This document shows, piece after piece, positions 24,098 through 33,144 of a stretch of 41,503 nt of DNA. Each line of letters starts with the position of its first letter. Position 1 is the first letter of the stretch. The notes below the pieces were generated by a model that worked only from the letters and a program-made list of their open reading frames with translations, made no database searches and was not told the DNA's origin. Source of the stretch: a virus; IMG/VR virus record IMGVR_UViG_3300029811_000005, positions 1 through 41,503 of that record. The stretch is one strand, 5' to 3'. Made by a program: the position numbers and the translations under genes.

Positions 24098-24219
24098 TTC
24101 TTCACACTCCTACAATAGTCTTCTAATTGAGATTCAGTCATTGTGCTTGCCAACTTCGCAGCCTGCTTGGAATACCATTTTGGCGTTTTCTTTCTTTTAA
24201 TTTGTAAGGCAATACACAT
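24094..24219 (-). CDS. Possible 41-aa ORF (MCIALQIKRKKTPKWYSKQAAKLAS...)
   Basis: Its TGA overlaps the GTG start of the 1197-aa gene (GTGA). Weak SD. Confidence 0.25.
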   Translation of the reverse strand: MCIALQIKRKKTPKWYSKQAAKLASTMTESQLEDYCRSVKK

Positions 24220-24238
24220 CAACCTGCGTTGTCTCTCA

Positions 24239-24847
24239 TTAACTGATGGGATAAGTCACCTCCTCTAATTCCAGAGCTTCCTTAAGTTGTGCATTTTCTA
24301 ATTCCAATTCCTTAATTCGTTTATCTTTACCATCATAATAACCTTGTTGATAGCCGTCTTTGTAACCCTTTGAATGTTCCTTAGAATGTTCGCCTACTGA
24401 ACCCGCCAGCTCTAAGTTTTCCTCACGGTTATCGTCTTTGATTCCATTTTTATGATGCACAATCTCCCAAACTTGCAAGCATCTACCGAGGTATTTTGCC
24501 ATTACTAACCGATGCTCCAATATGCAACCATCACAAGTTGCCATTGAGTAAAAGAAATTATCTGAAGGAGTCCAAATTGTAATATACCCATCTTTTGTTG
24601 TCCTTCTTCCACCTTTCCAAAGATGATGTTTCCTTCCTGTATGTGCTTTTGACATTTTTAACCTGGTTTCGTCACTAGGGATTCTATTCAAATGCCCACA
24701 CCTGCGACAATATTTATTTAGCACTTCATCATTTCTAATCCGAACCCATCGTTCTTTTCCACACTCTTGACAAGCAACCCACATACGCCTACTTCGGTCT
24801 CTATAAGCTAAATCTTGTCCTCTTCGGATTTCCCCTATTGCTGGCAT
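24239..24847 (-). CDS. HNH endonuclease (homing-type) with N-terminal Zn-ribbon
   Basis: CQECG...CRRCGH, then GGRRTTKDGYI...EHRLVMAKYLGR...VHHKNGIKDDNREENLEL (HNH core). AAGGAGGA SD. Confidence 0.85.
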   Translation of the reverse strand: MPAIGEIRRGQDLAYRDRSRRMWVACQECGKERWVRIRNDEVLNKYCRRCGHLNRIPSDETRLKMSKAHTGRKHHLWKGGRRTTKDGYITIWTPSDNFFYSMATCDGCILEHRLVMAKYLGRCLQVWEIVHHKNGIKDDNREENLELAGSVGEHSKEHSKGYKDGYQQGYYDGKDKRIKELELENAQLKEALELEEVTYPIS

Positions 24848-24856
24848 ATATCCTCC

Positions 24857-25405
24857 TTACCTCTGCCAAGCGGCACCATATTGTGCTTTCGGTGCAGCCT
24901 TTGTCGGCCATAAACCTTGCGTTGTTGACATATAGTCCTGTACCCAGCCTGGCATCTTATAAGCTATCGTTTGTAAGTATTCCTTCTCTGATTCTGGTTT
25001 GCCCGCTTTCGTGTAAGCCATATAATACATAAGCTGGTCTAGTTGCTCTGTGGTTAGATTTGCCTGTGCTGATAAAGGTCTAAGTTCTTTTGTTTCACCA
25101 GGGGCAATTTCATACCCCTTTTCACTCATCCAGGCAGGTGTTGGGGCTATCTTGGTAACATTAAAAGGCCAATCCCAATACCTTCGTCCTTCCTCTGGGC
25201 GTTCTTGCCAACTCTTATATAATCGTCTTTGCCTGGATGATAATCCCGCATACCAATCACGCATAATATCCTCATACGCCGTGCCTTCCCACATACCAAC
25301 AGTGAATTTGCCATATAGCCATTTGGCAATCCAATCTGAAGGATTCTCAAACATATAATCTTCTAAGGCTTCCTTCCAGGCTTGTTGTTCTTCTGCTGCT
25401 GCCAT
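24857..25405 (-). CDS. Hypothetical Trp/Tyr-rich head-associated protein, 182 aa
   Basis: ORF track. Position in the portal-proximal block. Confidence 0.55.
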   Translation of the reverse strand: MAAAEEQQAWKEALEDYMFENPSDWIAKWLYGKFTVGMWEGTAYEDIMRDWYAGLSSRQRRLYKSWQERPEEGRRYWDWPFNVTKIAPTPAWMSEKGYEIAPGETKELRPLSAQANLTTEQLDQLMYYMAYTKAGKPESEKEYLQTIAYKMPGWVQDYMSTTQGLWPTKAAPKAQYGAAWQR

Positions 25406-25416
25406 TTACTTACTCC

Positions 25417-26214
25417 TCACCATTTCGGTGTTGTCATTCCCTGAGTAGCCTGCACCCAGGAGGGTAAAGTTCCTGGGGGTGTTTCAGGCATACTACCCAT
25501 CCATTGAGGTGTCCGCCTTGCTTTTGCGGCTCTTAGATTCTCTATCGCCCTTTCCCATAGAGTTCTAACTCGTTCATCCATACCACCGTATGTAATACCC
25601 AGGTTAGGTATATACAAGTTACTCAATATACGGTCTGCATAATCAGGGTCTTTATCGTATAAATAATCGGCATACTCTGGGTTATTAGCTATATACTCAT
25701 ACGAACTAACCAACCCGCCTGCTTCCAAATACGGAGGGATGTGTGCTTTGCCTGCTGCTACACCACCGCTGGGATAGGTCATATAAGGGCTTCGCTCTGC
25801 CCTTCTAGCCCATTCTGTTTGCAAGGCGAGGATGCTCTTTTCAGCGTGCTCTGGCTTAGTTCTACCGCTGGCTATCATATTCTGTATTTCAGATGCATAA
25901 TAATCAGATACTCCAGGGTGCTCCACATAGTTCCACGCTGGTTTCGGCGTTACATTCAATGTCTGAGCGTAGCTCTTAATAAATGCCCCTTTCGCAGCCT
26001 CCGTTTGCTGTGCTGTCGCCCCTTTGTATCCTCCAGTAGCAATCTGTTTTAATAACCTCGCTATCAAATTACCCAAAAGAGCTTTTTGTTGTGTAGGTTT
26101 TTTGGTAGTTGTTGCACCACCAGCAGTATACATACCACTTAGTGTTCCTTTGCCTGTTACTGCTGTCGCTCCGCCTTTAATGAATCCTGGTGTTTGGTCT
26201 CCTGTGTATGCCAT
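25417..26214 (-). CDS. Hypothetical head-associated protein, 265 aa
   Basis: ORF track. Confidence 0.55.
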   Translation of the reverse strand: MAYTGDQTPGFIKGGATAVTGKGTLSGMYTAGGATTTKKPTQQKALLGNLIARLLKQIATGGYKGATAQQTEAAKGAFIKSYAQTLNVTPKPAWNYVEHPGVSDYYASEIQNMIASGRTKPEHAEKSILALQTEWARRAERSPYMTYPSGGVAAGKAHIPPYLEAGGLVSSYEYIANNPEYADYLYDKDPDYADRILSNLYIPNLGITYGGMDERVRTLWERAIENLRAAKARRTPQWMGSMPETPPGTLPSWVQATQGMTTPKW

Positions 26215-26444
26215 TAACCCTCCTGCATCCTTCGCATATATTCGTTCACCGCTTCTGGCCCGTAAGTCTGTATCAGTTCAACCACCTTATCAGGGGTTAA
26301 TTTATTGAACTCCTCTCGTTGCTCTTTTGGAGTAGCTTTAACTTTCCCATAGGGCATCTTGCCTTTTTCTTTAAGTATCGCACTAGCCCGAAGTCTATAT
26401 CCTGACGCTATTTCTAATGCTCTTGTCGCTGGATTATCCATCAT
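26214..26444 (-). CDS. Hypothetical protein, 76 aa
   Basis: ORF track. Both junctions overlap by 1 nt. Confidence 0.55.
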   Translation of the reverse strand: MMDNPATRALEIASGYRLRASAILKEKGKMPYGKVKATPKEQREEFNKLTPDKVVELIQTYGPEAVNEYMRRMQEG

Positions 26445-28180
26445 TATTCCAAAGATACTTGCCCAGTTTCAGCCTCTTGTGGAAATTCTGCTTGCTCCAT
26501 CCCTGGCATCCCCCGCTGTAGCCTGGTCACTGACGCAGCCCCCGTAGTTCCTGGCACCCCCCCAATCCCACCAGCAGTTCCTGCTTTACGACTCAATAAC
26601 AGTTCCTTTGCCTTCTCCGCCCCTAACCTTTCAGCGGCATCTATAGCCACTTCCATTGATATAGCAGGGTCAAATATCCCAGTTTCAGCTAACTTCTGTG
26701 CTATTTCCTCGTCTGCTTCCTCGTTGGTCATATCGTGATACATTATTAAACATCTTTTAAGACTTATACTCCCTTGCCCGCTATTCCATAAGTTATTGCC
26801 CAACGACTTCCTCATATCGGCGGCTTCGGGAGGCTCTGCTAACAGATGAACCTCATTATCATAATGCCCCTTGATTACGGCAGGGTTTATGTATTCCCCC
26901 TCGTATGTAGCGATTTTATACTTCAAGATATGCTCAACTACTCTTGCCCCCATACCCATTAGAACAGATAATCCGTCCTCAAAGTTCTTGAAGGCATCCT
27001 TATAGCGAGGCTTGGCTGTGCTTAACTGAACTACATTTCCGTACCCGCTGTATGTGCCAGGAGAGCGATTCCCGCCAAGAATAGGAGGAGGTTCTGCTAA
27101 AGCACTTAACATAGCAGCGTGCTGATATAAAGCTGGAGGAGGACTTTCGCCTTGATGAATTATAACCTCTATCTCACTAGGCACTGCGTGAGCCTCTAAA
27201 GGCGACATATCAAAACCTGCGCCTTTCTCACCATATAACTTCGCTATCAACTCCATGTCACCTTTAAGTTCAATCCACGTCCATGCCCATTTAGAGTTAA
27301 TAGCATCTATCTGTGATAGATTCCTTGTCTGCATCCTAATCATCCCCTTTTTGGAATGAATAATACTGCGGTATTGATACTCAGGCTTCCCTGCATAACT
27401 GCTACTTCCTAATCCTGAAGGGATATGAACATAAGGGCAGAAACCCAACCAATTTACTTGCACTGCAGGAGTAAGAATTGGCTCGTTCTCAATCAAAAAA
27501 CATCTCGATTTAGCACTACAATAAGAAGTCCACTTAACCGTATCAGTGGATTTCTTACCTTCGGGACTCCATTTCCATCCATTCCGCTCGCACACGTCCT
27601 CGGCTTCCGATACCGTCATCTCGTAAAATTCAATAACCTCTTTAGGGATTAGCCCTCTGTGTGCTGGCGAGCAATAGACATTTATAGGGTTGGGGCAGGT
27701 CACTATCAAAGGGAATAGTGAAGCCCTCTTTTCCTCGAATTCCTCTAACTCATCCCCTTTCAATTTTGTAGTTCCCTCGCCATAAAAAGTATCATCCACA
27801 GCTAGCTTGAAGAAGCTCTCACCGTATTTCAATAATTGTTTAGCATTGTCTTTAATCTCGAAAATCATACGGTTTATCCAGTAATTCTCGAATCTCTCAA
27901 TCTGAATCGCTTGGTCTTTGGCTACATCGCTCGTGTTTCTAGGAGGAACGATAACTTTAGGATTGTCCAATGTATAGTGCATAATGCCAAAGTCCACCCA
28001 ATCACGAGCGGTAGAAGGTGTCATCTGGGCATAACCTAACTTCTTGGGGATACCAGCGTCATACACTAGCTCGTAATAGTCATCGTCTTCCTTCTGGATT
28101 TTATGCAAGGATTGATAATGCTCTATCCACGCTTCCCTCTTTATAATTATATCTTCTACTGTAATCTGCTTATCTTCCAT
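26444..28180 (-). CDS. Portal protein
   Basis: 578 aa immediately downstream of terL. The size, order and Gly-rich flexible C-terminus are typical of portals. Call made by position and by eye. Confidence 0.7.
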   Translation of the reverse strand: MEDKQITVEDIIIKREAWIEHYQSLHKIQKEDDDYYELVYDAGIPKKLGYAQMTPSTARDWVDFGIMHYTLDNPKVIVPPRNTSDVAKDQAIQIERFENYWINRMIFEIKDNAKQLLKYGESFFKLAVDDTFYGEGTTKLKGDELEEFEEKRASLFPLIVTCPNPINVYCSPAHRGLIPKEVIEFYEMTVSEAEDVCERNGWKWSPEGKKSTDTVKWTSYCSAKSRCFLIENEPILTPAVQVNWLGFCPYVHIPSGLGSSSYAGKPEYQYRSIIHSKKGMIRMQTRNLSQIDAINSKWAWTWIELKGDMELIAKLYGEKGAGFDMSPLEAHAVPSEIEVIIHQGESPPPALYQHAAMLSALAEPPPILGGNRSPGTYSGYGNVVQLSTAKPRYKDAFKNFEDGLSVLMGMGARVVEHILKYKIATYEGEYINPAVIKGHYDNEVHLLAEPPEAADMRKSLGNNLWNSGQGSISLKRCLIMYHDMTNEEADEEIAQKLAETGIFDPAISMEVAIDAAERLGAEKAKELLLSRKAGTAGGIGGVPGTTGAASVTRLQRGMPGMEQAEFPQEAETGQVSLE

Positions 28181-28192
28181 AGTCTCCTCTTA

Positions 28193-29659
28193 TTATGTCC
28201 TGATATAGGTTTCTAGTGCAGGCGTGCCTGTTAGTTTAATTCTTGGCAGTTCCCTAATCATTGGCGATTCTTTTAACATCTGATTCCCAATCATTAAAGC
28301 TAGAACCAAATCATCGTGGCTGCCTTTCGCCGCTTCTGCCTTCCCTTCCTTCCAATAGAAGTTCATCAGTTCTAAAATCTGTGGCTTGTATTTGGTGATT
28401 AGCTTACCGTTATCAATAGCCAATGAAAGGTCTATCAACGCTTCCTGCCTACTAAAGCCGCTGGTTGTCCAGCCTAGTTTCTTTACATTCCCTTTCTTAT
28501 CCTTGGTAGAATACAGCCTCGGATAGCCCAGCTCAGACAGCTTGTTCAACGTGGCGACTCCGAGGCTGTTATTCTCTATTCCTGCAAGTGGGAAGAAGTA
28601 TTCTTCGCCTAACTTATATATCTCGTAAGCAAATATGTCTGTCTTTAACTGATTTGAATGAATTACAGCACATACCTCCGCCTGCATCCCCTCCCTACCG
28701 ATAATATTCAATACGCTGTAATCCAAGCCAACGCCTTCACCAACATCCCCCGCCGCAACATACCTTACCCCTACTACTGGCGGGTGGATTATATACACAT
28801 ACCCCCTTCTTGTCTCCTCTGGCTCGATAGACTTCTCTAGTAATCTCCGCAACACCTCCCCATTGAATACGCTCTTACCAGTTAACGGAGATAACGCTTC
28901 CTCTAACGAATTAGGGTATTCCTGCTTTAATAGATAATCGGGGTAATCGGCTTTCTGACGTGCATACCAAATAGCGTCTCTTTCAGGTCTTATACTCCAG
29001 GGATAGAATAGATAGACAAAGTTATTCTCTTTAGCCCGTGCGCCTCTTAGAACTTCCTTGAAGAAGCTATCAACTTTCGTCTTATCACTTGTGGAAACTC
29101 CAATAAACTTACCGCCAGCGTCTATCGTAGGTTTTAAACTGGCGAAGTTCTGCTCTTGAATCTCTACATCCCACTTATCCCATTCGTCACAGATGACAAT
29201 GGTCGCAGCCTCTCCTATACCTGCCGTTCCTGTGCAAGGGAGAGTGCTTATCTTAGAGCCTAATGGGTTAAACCCGATACAACTTACGCTGTCGTAAGAT
29301 AATGTTTGCTGCATCCAATCAGGGAGATTGTTGTAGATAAATTTACACTTGCTTAATAACTCCCACGCCTCTCTCTCACCCTTGCTTATTAAAAGAACGT
29401 TCGCATGCGGTCTCGTCAATGCTACCCATAAGGCGTAGCAAGCTAACAGCCAACTTACCCCTATCTGCCGTGCTTTTAAGATAACTATTAGAGGATTATC
29501 CTCAAATGTCCTTAATATCTCTATCAAGTGAGGCCATAGCTCAAACTTTATCCTTCCCTTTAGAGGGTCTCGGATATAAACATACTCTAAGAACTCTAAC
29601 GGGTTGGCGGCAATCTCTATTAACTTTCTCGCTCCTGCTTTATTGTCTCCTATCTCCAT
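28193..29659 (-). CDS. terL: Terminase large subunit
   Basis: Walker A-like VILKARQIGVSW, Walker B IVICDEWD, and a C-terminal nuclease-like part with acidic residues (AAGDVGEG..., GSHDDLV). Confidence 0.85.
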   Translation of the reverse strand: MEIGDNKAGARKLIEIAANPLEFLEYVYIRDPLKGRIKFELWPHLIEILRTFEDNPLIVILKARQIGVSWLLACYALWVALTRPHANVLLISKGEREAWELLSKCKFIYNNLPDWMQQTLSYDSVSCIGFNPLGSKISTLPCTGTAGIGEAATIVICDEWDKWDVEIQEQNFASLKPTIDAGGKFIGVSTSDKTKVDSFFKEVLRGARAKENNFVYLFYPWSIRPERDAIWYARQKADYPDYLLKQEYPNSLEEALSPLTGKSVFNGEVLRRLLEKSIEPEETRRGYVYIIHPPVVGVRYVAAGDVGEGVGLDYSVLNIIGREGMQAEVCAVIHSNQLKTDIFAYEIYKLGEEYFFPLAGIENNSLGVATLNKLSELGYPRLYSTKDKKGNVKKLGWTTSGFSRQEALIDLSLAIDNGKLITKYKPQILELMNFYWKEGKAEAAKGSHDDLVLALMIGNQMLKESPMIRELPRIKLTGTPALETYIRT

Positions 29660-29746
29660 TGATTAACACATATATAACCGCAATAAGTAGCACCACGCCA
29701 ACAACTAATGTAAAATGAAATAAACCGTATTGTGGCACGCTACAAC

Positions 29747-29983
29747 TTACTCCCAAGGAACTTCGTTATCCCATTCAGTAGTGACACTATCTTCAGGTCT
29801 TGTTATCGTATCAGGGCTGCCCCGATAAACTAGATAGGCGTAATGCGATATAATCTTCCTGAAAGTATCAGGAGACATACGTATCCTTGATTCGGGGCTG
29901 ATAAATACGATACAATCCCCCTGCTTGACCGTTACTTCGTCAAAGGTCATTCCCCTCTGTTCCACGCTAGTATCCTCTCCCAT
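29747..29983 (-). CDS. Hypothetical protein, 78 aa
   Basis: ORF track. GGAGGG SD. Confidence 0.55.
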   Translation of the reverse strand: MGEDTSVEQRGMTFDEVTVKQGDCIVFISPESRIRMSPDTFRKIISHYAYLVYRGSPDTITRPEDSVTTEWDNEVPWE

Positions 29984-30235
29984 ATTCCCTCCAAGAATTC
30001 GCTTATTGCTTGCTTTAATTTCTTCATTAAATAGGGCTTACTGGCTCATTTTAATCAATCTATCTATAGCCTCCATCCTCCCTGGAGTCGGTCTTCTGCG
30101 ATGCCATCACGACACCCATAAACCCTAAGATTGTAACCAGTAAGTCCACTGGCTCAATTCCCCAGTCCTGCCGTGCACTCGCTCTTAGCTTTCGCAATCG
30201 TCCTTATACACAGCCGTTTCTCTGAGTTTAGCCAG

Positions 30236-30379
30236 TTAATTTAGAAATATTAAATGCTCTGCTTCTAATTGAGTATCAACTATACTAGTATAATCAACGA
30301 TTATGTCTGCGATGGTATCTACATCCATATCGTATTTATCGGCAATTTCGTGAAACGCATCGTGGATGATTTTTACCAT
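30236..30379 (-). CDS. Hypothetical acidic protein (47 aa from MVKIIHDAF...)
   Basis: ORF track 30236-30466, but its first 21 codons overlap the preceding gene. The ATG at 30379 avoids the overlap. The start is uncertain. Confidence 0.4.
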   Translation of the reverse strand: MVKIIHDAFHEIADKYDMDVDTIADIIVDYTSIVDTQLEAEHLIFLN

Positions 30380-30402
30380 TGGGTCACTACTGCTAACTTC
30401 TT

Positions 30403-30663
30403 TTATGCCGTCACCTCCAATAGTTCGCCTACCATCTCGAAATCGGGACCGTTTACCCCATACCACACTTTCCCCGCTAATCCTTTCCGCCTTAAATCCT
30501 CGCTTATATACTCCAGCATCGCCCTCTTCTTCGGATTAACTAAAGCTCTTAATATGGCGGGGTATTCCGTCATACCCTCCGTCATACCTTTCTTTGCCCT
30601 GTAACGCTTTGAGGCTTCCTTTTCAGCTTGCCGTTGCTTCTCTTTGTCCTTATACATATACAC
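30403..30663 (-). CDS. Hypothetical basic protein, 86 aa
   Basis: ORF track. Confidence 0.55.
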   Translation of the reverse strand: MYMYKDKEKQRQAEKEASKRYRAKKGMTEGMTEYPAILRALVNPKKRAMLEYISEDLRRKGLAGKVWYGVNGPDFEMVGELLEVTA

Positions 30664-30901
30664 CCTTTAATCTAAAGGCATTTTGAACTATCCTACCAGC
30701 GGCAGCCGCATAGTCTTTCGTTTCAAGATTGGCTAATGTTATTAGAACTTCAGCAACCCATTTCCTATCAGGACTTCTTATTTCAATAGGATAAGCACCA
30801 ATTACCTCGCCATTTATAACCGTGTTCTTAAATCGCTTAACTTTAGCTGTGTAATTAGGCAGTGTAGCTAACATCTGGTTTTTGAATAACTCAACCTTCA
30901 C
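30650..30901 (-). CDS. Hypothetical protein, 83 aa
   Basis: ORF track. GTG start with an AGGAGGTG SD 7 nt upstream. Confidence 0.6.
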   Translation of the reverse strand: MKVELFKNQMLATLPNYTAKVKRFKNTVINGEVIGAYPIEIRSPDRKWVAEVLITLANLETKDYAAAAGRIVQNAFRLKGVYV

Positions 30902-31214
30902 TATTTATCACCTCCTTAAACTCTAAAATTATATTGCGTATTTTCTAACCACTACCTCATAATTCATCGAAGGGCACCCCCTTTGGGTTTTCATCTGGGT
31001 AATTCCTTATTCAATGCCTGATTTCTGGTCAAAAGCAAGGCGATACCGAGCTAAGTTGAAGGTTTACTTGTGCTTGTTGGTTATCGTGCCACTACATTGA
31101 TATTTAAAGGGGAAGTGTAGCTATGTTGTAACGCCTTAGCGGGCTTGTAATACCTTAATGTTATACCCTCGGTTCGCAAAAGTGTAGTTATACGAACCAA
31201 GAATGCAAAGCTAA

Positions 31215-31523
31215 TCATTCCTGATTATTAGAACTACCGTTCTCTAGCTGCTTTATCTCCTGGAACTCCTCGTATGCCTTCCTGTATATCAATGCTACCT
31301 GGTCGGCACTTAGCTCACCTCGCACCTTGATGTCTAGCTGGTCCTTACTCTTACCCATTAGACGGTTGGCCAGGTCTACTAGACAGGCTGAATCACCTTG
31401 TACTGCCTTGTTTATGTACGCTGTGACTATCTCCTGTGCTCTATCCTCTACTAGCTTCTCACAAGCTCTTAGAATCTTCTTTATACCTACGGAACGTCCG
31501 CTTCTACCTGCTTTACCTGCCAT
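31215..31523 (-). CDS. Small basic DNA-binding-type protein; candidate terminase small subunit
   Basis: The N-terminus MAGKAGRSGRSVG resembles several small terminases. It is the first gene of the packaging-direction block. No SD. Assignment is tentative. Confidence 0.4.
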   Translation of the reverse strand: MAGKAGRSGRSVGIKKILRACEKLVEDRAQEIVTAYINKAVQGDSACLVDLANRLMGKSKDQLDIKVRGELSADQVALIYRKAYEEFQEIKQLENGSSNNQE

Positions 31524-31699
31524 ATTATATCTTGTTTATAGTCGTTAAAATCATCGTGTTGTGTCTAGGTTAGCTAAAGATAACCCTCTGTTAATACATC
31601 ATAGATACTACGGATTACTAAGAAAGCAGACTGAATAATAAGAGGCTTAGAGTATCAATCAGGGATAAGAAGAAGGTATTGATGTAGGCGGGCGATTTT

Positions 31700-31727
31700 A
31701 AGGCATAGCATCACCCTAGTATGCCTT
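31700..31727. promoter_or_regulatory. Perfect 8-bp inverted repeat AAGGCATA-12 nt-TATGCCTT in the divergent intergenic region
   Basis: Read directly. No U-tract on either strand, so it is more likely a protein-binding site or RNA hairpin than a terminator. Confidence 0.4.
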
Positions 31728-31843
31728 CCACTCTATCACGAGTATAAAACAATGTCAAATAAATGCGAACAAAAAACTTTATTTCGTGCCTCTTTCCGCC
31801 TTGTTTCCTTACATTTAGCTTCAAGTTTAGAACATCAGTTGTA

Positions 31844-31873
31844 TTGACAGTGTGTATGCGTGCGTGGTAGTGT
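31844..31873 (+). promoter_or_regulatory. Promoter of the + strand cassette: TTGACA (31844-31849), 18-nt spacer, TAGTGT (31868-31873)
   Basis: Read directly. It is followed by a GGAGGTGA SD and the ATG at 31903. Confidence 0.5.
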
Positions 31874-31902
31874 TACAGCATCAAACGAAAGGAGGTGAAA
31901 GG

Positions 31903-32067
31903 ATGAAAACAAGGAAATTAACGGAGAACGAATTGGAGTTATGCATTAGGGCCAGCAGAATACTAGGCACGCCTATCAAGCCAGGAACAAATATCACGGC
32001 CCTATCATATATCCTAGACGGTAAAAGCAATGAGTTGGAGAAATTATTAAAGGAGGTAAATAAATGA
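31903..32067 (+). CDS. Hypothetical 54-aa protein (MKTRKLTENELELC...)
   Basis: ORF track 31852-32067. The internal ATG at 31903 has a strong SD (GGAGGTGA, 31891-31898). Confidence 0.6.
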   Translation: MKTRKLTENELELCIRASRILGTPIKPGTNITALSYILDGKSNELEKLLKEVNK

Positions 32068-32333
32068 ACCCTGAATGGTATGAGCAATTAGACCCGACTT
32101 GCCTAACTGAAGCAGAATGGATAGAGGGAAGTATGGGAAGACCACCATTGAGCGATGCTGAATGTATCTCCAGAGCTACCCGTATTGATAATGACTTTGC
32201 AAGGCATAAGTTTAGACCTGGCGAGCATTACGATAGATACCTAACAAAGCTACTTGATAAATACGAAATAGTCTTGCGAGAGTATTATTGGGGATGTAAA
32301 TTAAAGAAGACCGCTGGCTCTGCGGTAAAATGA
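32064..32333 (+). CDS. Hypothetical 89-aa protein
   Basis: ORF track. ATGA overlap with the preceding gene. Confidence 0.6.
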   Translation: MNPEWYEQLDPTCLTEAEWIEGSMGRPPLSDAECISRATRIDNDFARHKFRPGEHYDRYLTKLLDKYEIVLREYYWGCKLKKTAGSAVK

Positions 32334-32359
32334 GCCTAACTTGTTAAAGGAGGATTGAA

Positions 32360-32617
32360 ATGAGACAGATATTAGCAAGGCATCACCACTGGGTAGAAGG
32401 GGCTACCATAACTGAAAGCTACGATACCAATGATGATACTATTAGGCGTTTTACAGCCACAATAAGAGGCTGGCGCAACTTCCTAATATATGAGGGCAAA
32501 GTCCAAAGACACACAGTAGAAGCTGTTAAAAACAGAGTGCAAACAGTCAGGGACAGCATAGATATGGGCAATGAAAGTATCTTCTACCGTAGCGTGGCAT
32601 TAAACGGGAAAGGTTAA
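32360..32617 (+). CDS. Hypothetical 85-aa protein
   Basis: ORF track. Preceded by the repeated junction TGAGCCTAA...TAAAGGAGGATTGAA. Confidence 0.6.
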   Translation: MRQILARHHHWVEGATITESYDTNDDTIRRFTATIRGWRNFLIYEGKVQRHTVEAVKNRVQTVRDSIDMGNESIFYRSVALNGKG

Positions 32618-32652
32618 TGAGCCTAAGAGTAAACTAAAGGAGGATTGAAGGA

Positions 32653-32760
32653 ATGAGGATGCCATTACAACCAAACAAGGGCGATAAGAGACGACAAATT
32701 AGATTAGATAAATTCGTCACTCGTTTAGCCAAGAAATTAAAATTAGGAGGCAAGCAATGA
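32653..32760 (+). CDS. Hypothetical 35-aa basic peptide (MRMPLQPNKGDKRRQIRLDKF...)
   Basis: It has the same repeated junction and SD as the previous gene. I translated it by eye. Confidence 0.45.
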   Translation: MRMPLQPNKGDKRRQIRLDKFVTRLAKKLKLGGKQ

Positions 32761-32873
32761 ATAACTGGCAGCAATGCCCACGCTGCAAATCAAAGAATGT
32801 TGTCTATACAAAGGGAGCCAAAGGATACTGGTGTAGGCGATGTGGCTTTGAATGGAAGGCAGAGAATAAATAA
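32757..32873 (+). CDS. 38-aa zinc-ribbon miniprotein (CPRC...CRRC)
   Basis: ATGA overlap with the previous ORF. Two CxxC pairs 14 residues apart. Confidence 0.5.
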   Translation: MNNWQQCPRCKSKNVVYTKGAKGYWCRRCGFEWKAENK

Positions 32874-32877
32874 GTTG

Positions 32878-33048
32878 TTAAGGTGCTTTGTGTTCATCTA
32901 CACAATGTTCCTCGGTTATCTGTTGTGCTTCCAGATAAATCAATTCTAGAATAGTCGGCAGTAACTTCACCTTCCCAACCTCAATCAACGCAATGGAAAC
33001 ATCGCATAAATTCTTTAGAGTCTTCATTCGTTCCTTTAATTCGTCCAT
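32878..33048 (-). CDS. Hypothetical 56-aa protein (MDELKERMKTLKNLCDV...)
   Basis: I translated it by eye. The ATG directly follows the stop of the ORF at 33049-33144. It converges on the + strand cassette. Confidence 0.45.
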   Translation of the reverse strand: MDELKERMKTLKNLCDVSIALIEVGKVKLLPTILELIYLEAQQITEEHCVDEHKAP

Positions 33049-33144
33049 CTATTTATGCCGTCTCCATCGATTCCATAGCCAATGCACAACTAAACAATAT
33101 ACAGCGCAAATCTGTGCCTCAATTAAAAGCTCAAGCCAGTCCAT
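33049..33144 (-). CDS. Possible 31-aa hydrophobic peptide (MDWLELLIEAQICAVYCLVVHWLWNRWRRHK)
   Basis: The ATG immediately follows the TAG of the phosphoesterase gene. Very short. Confidence 0.3.
   Translation of the reverse strand: MDWLELLIEAQICAVYCLVVHWLWNRWRRHK

Noticed and set aside
29660-30235. Tiny ORFs in two gaps: a 32-aa GTG-start hydrophobic peptide overlapping the terL start (about 29640-29738), and TTG/ATG fragments in 29984-30235
   Set aside because: They use non-canonical starts, have no SD and are very short. Nothing distinguishes them from chance ORFs.
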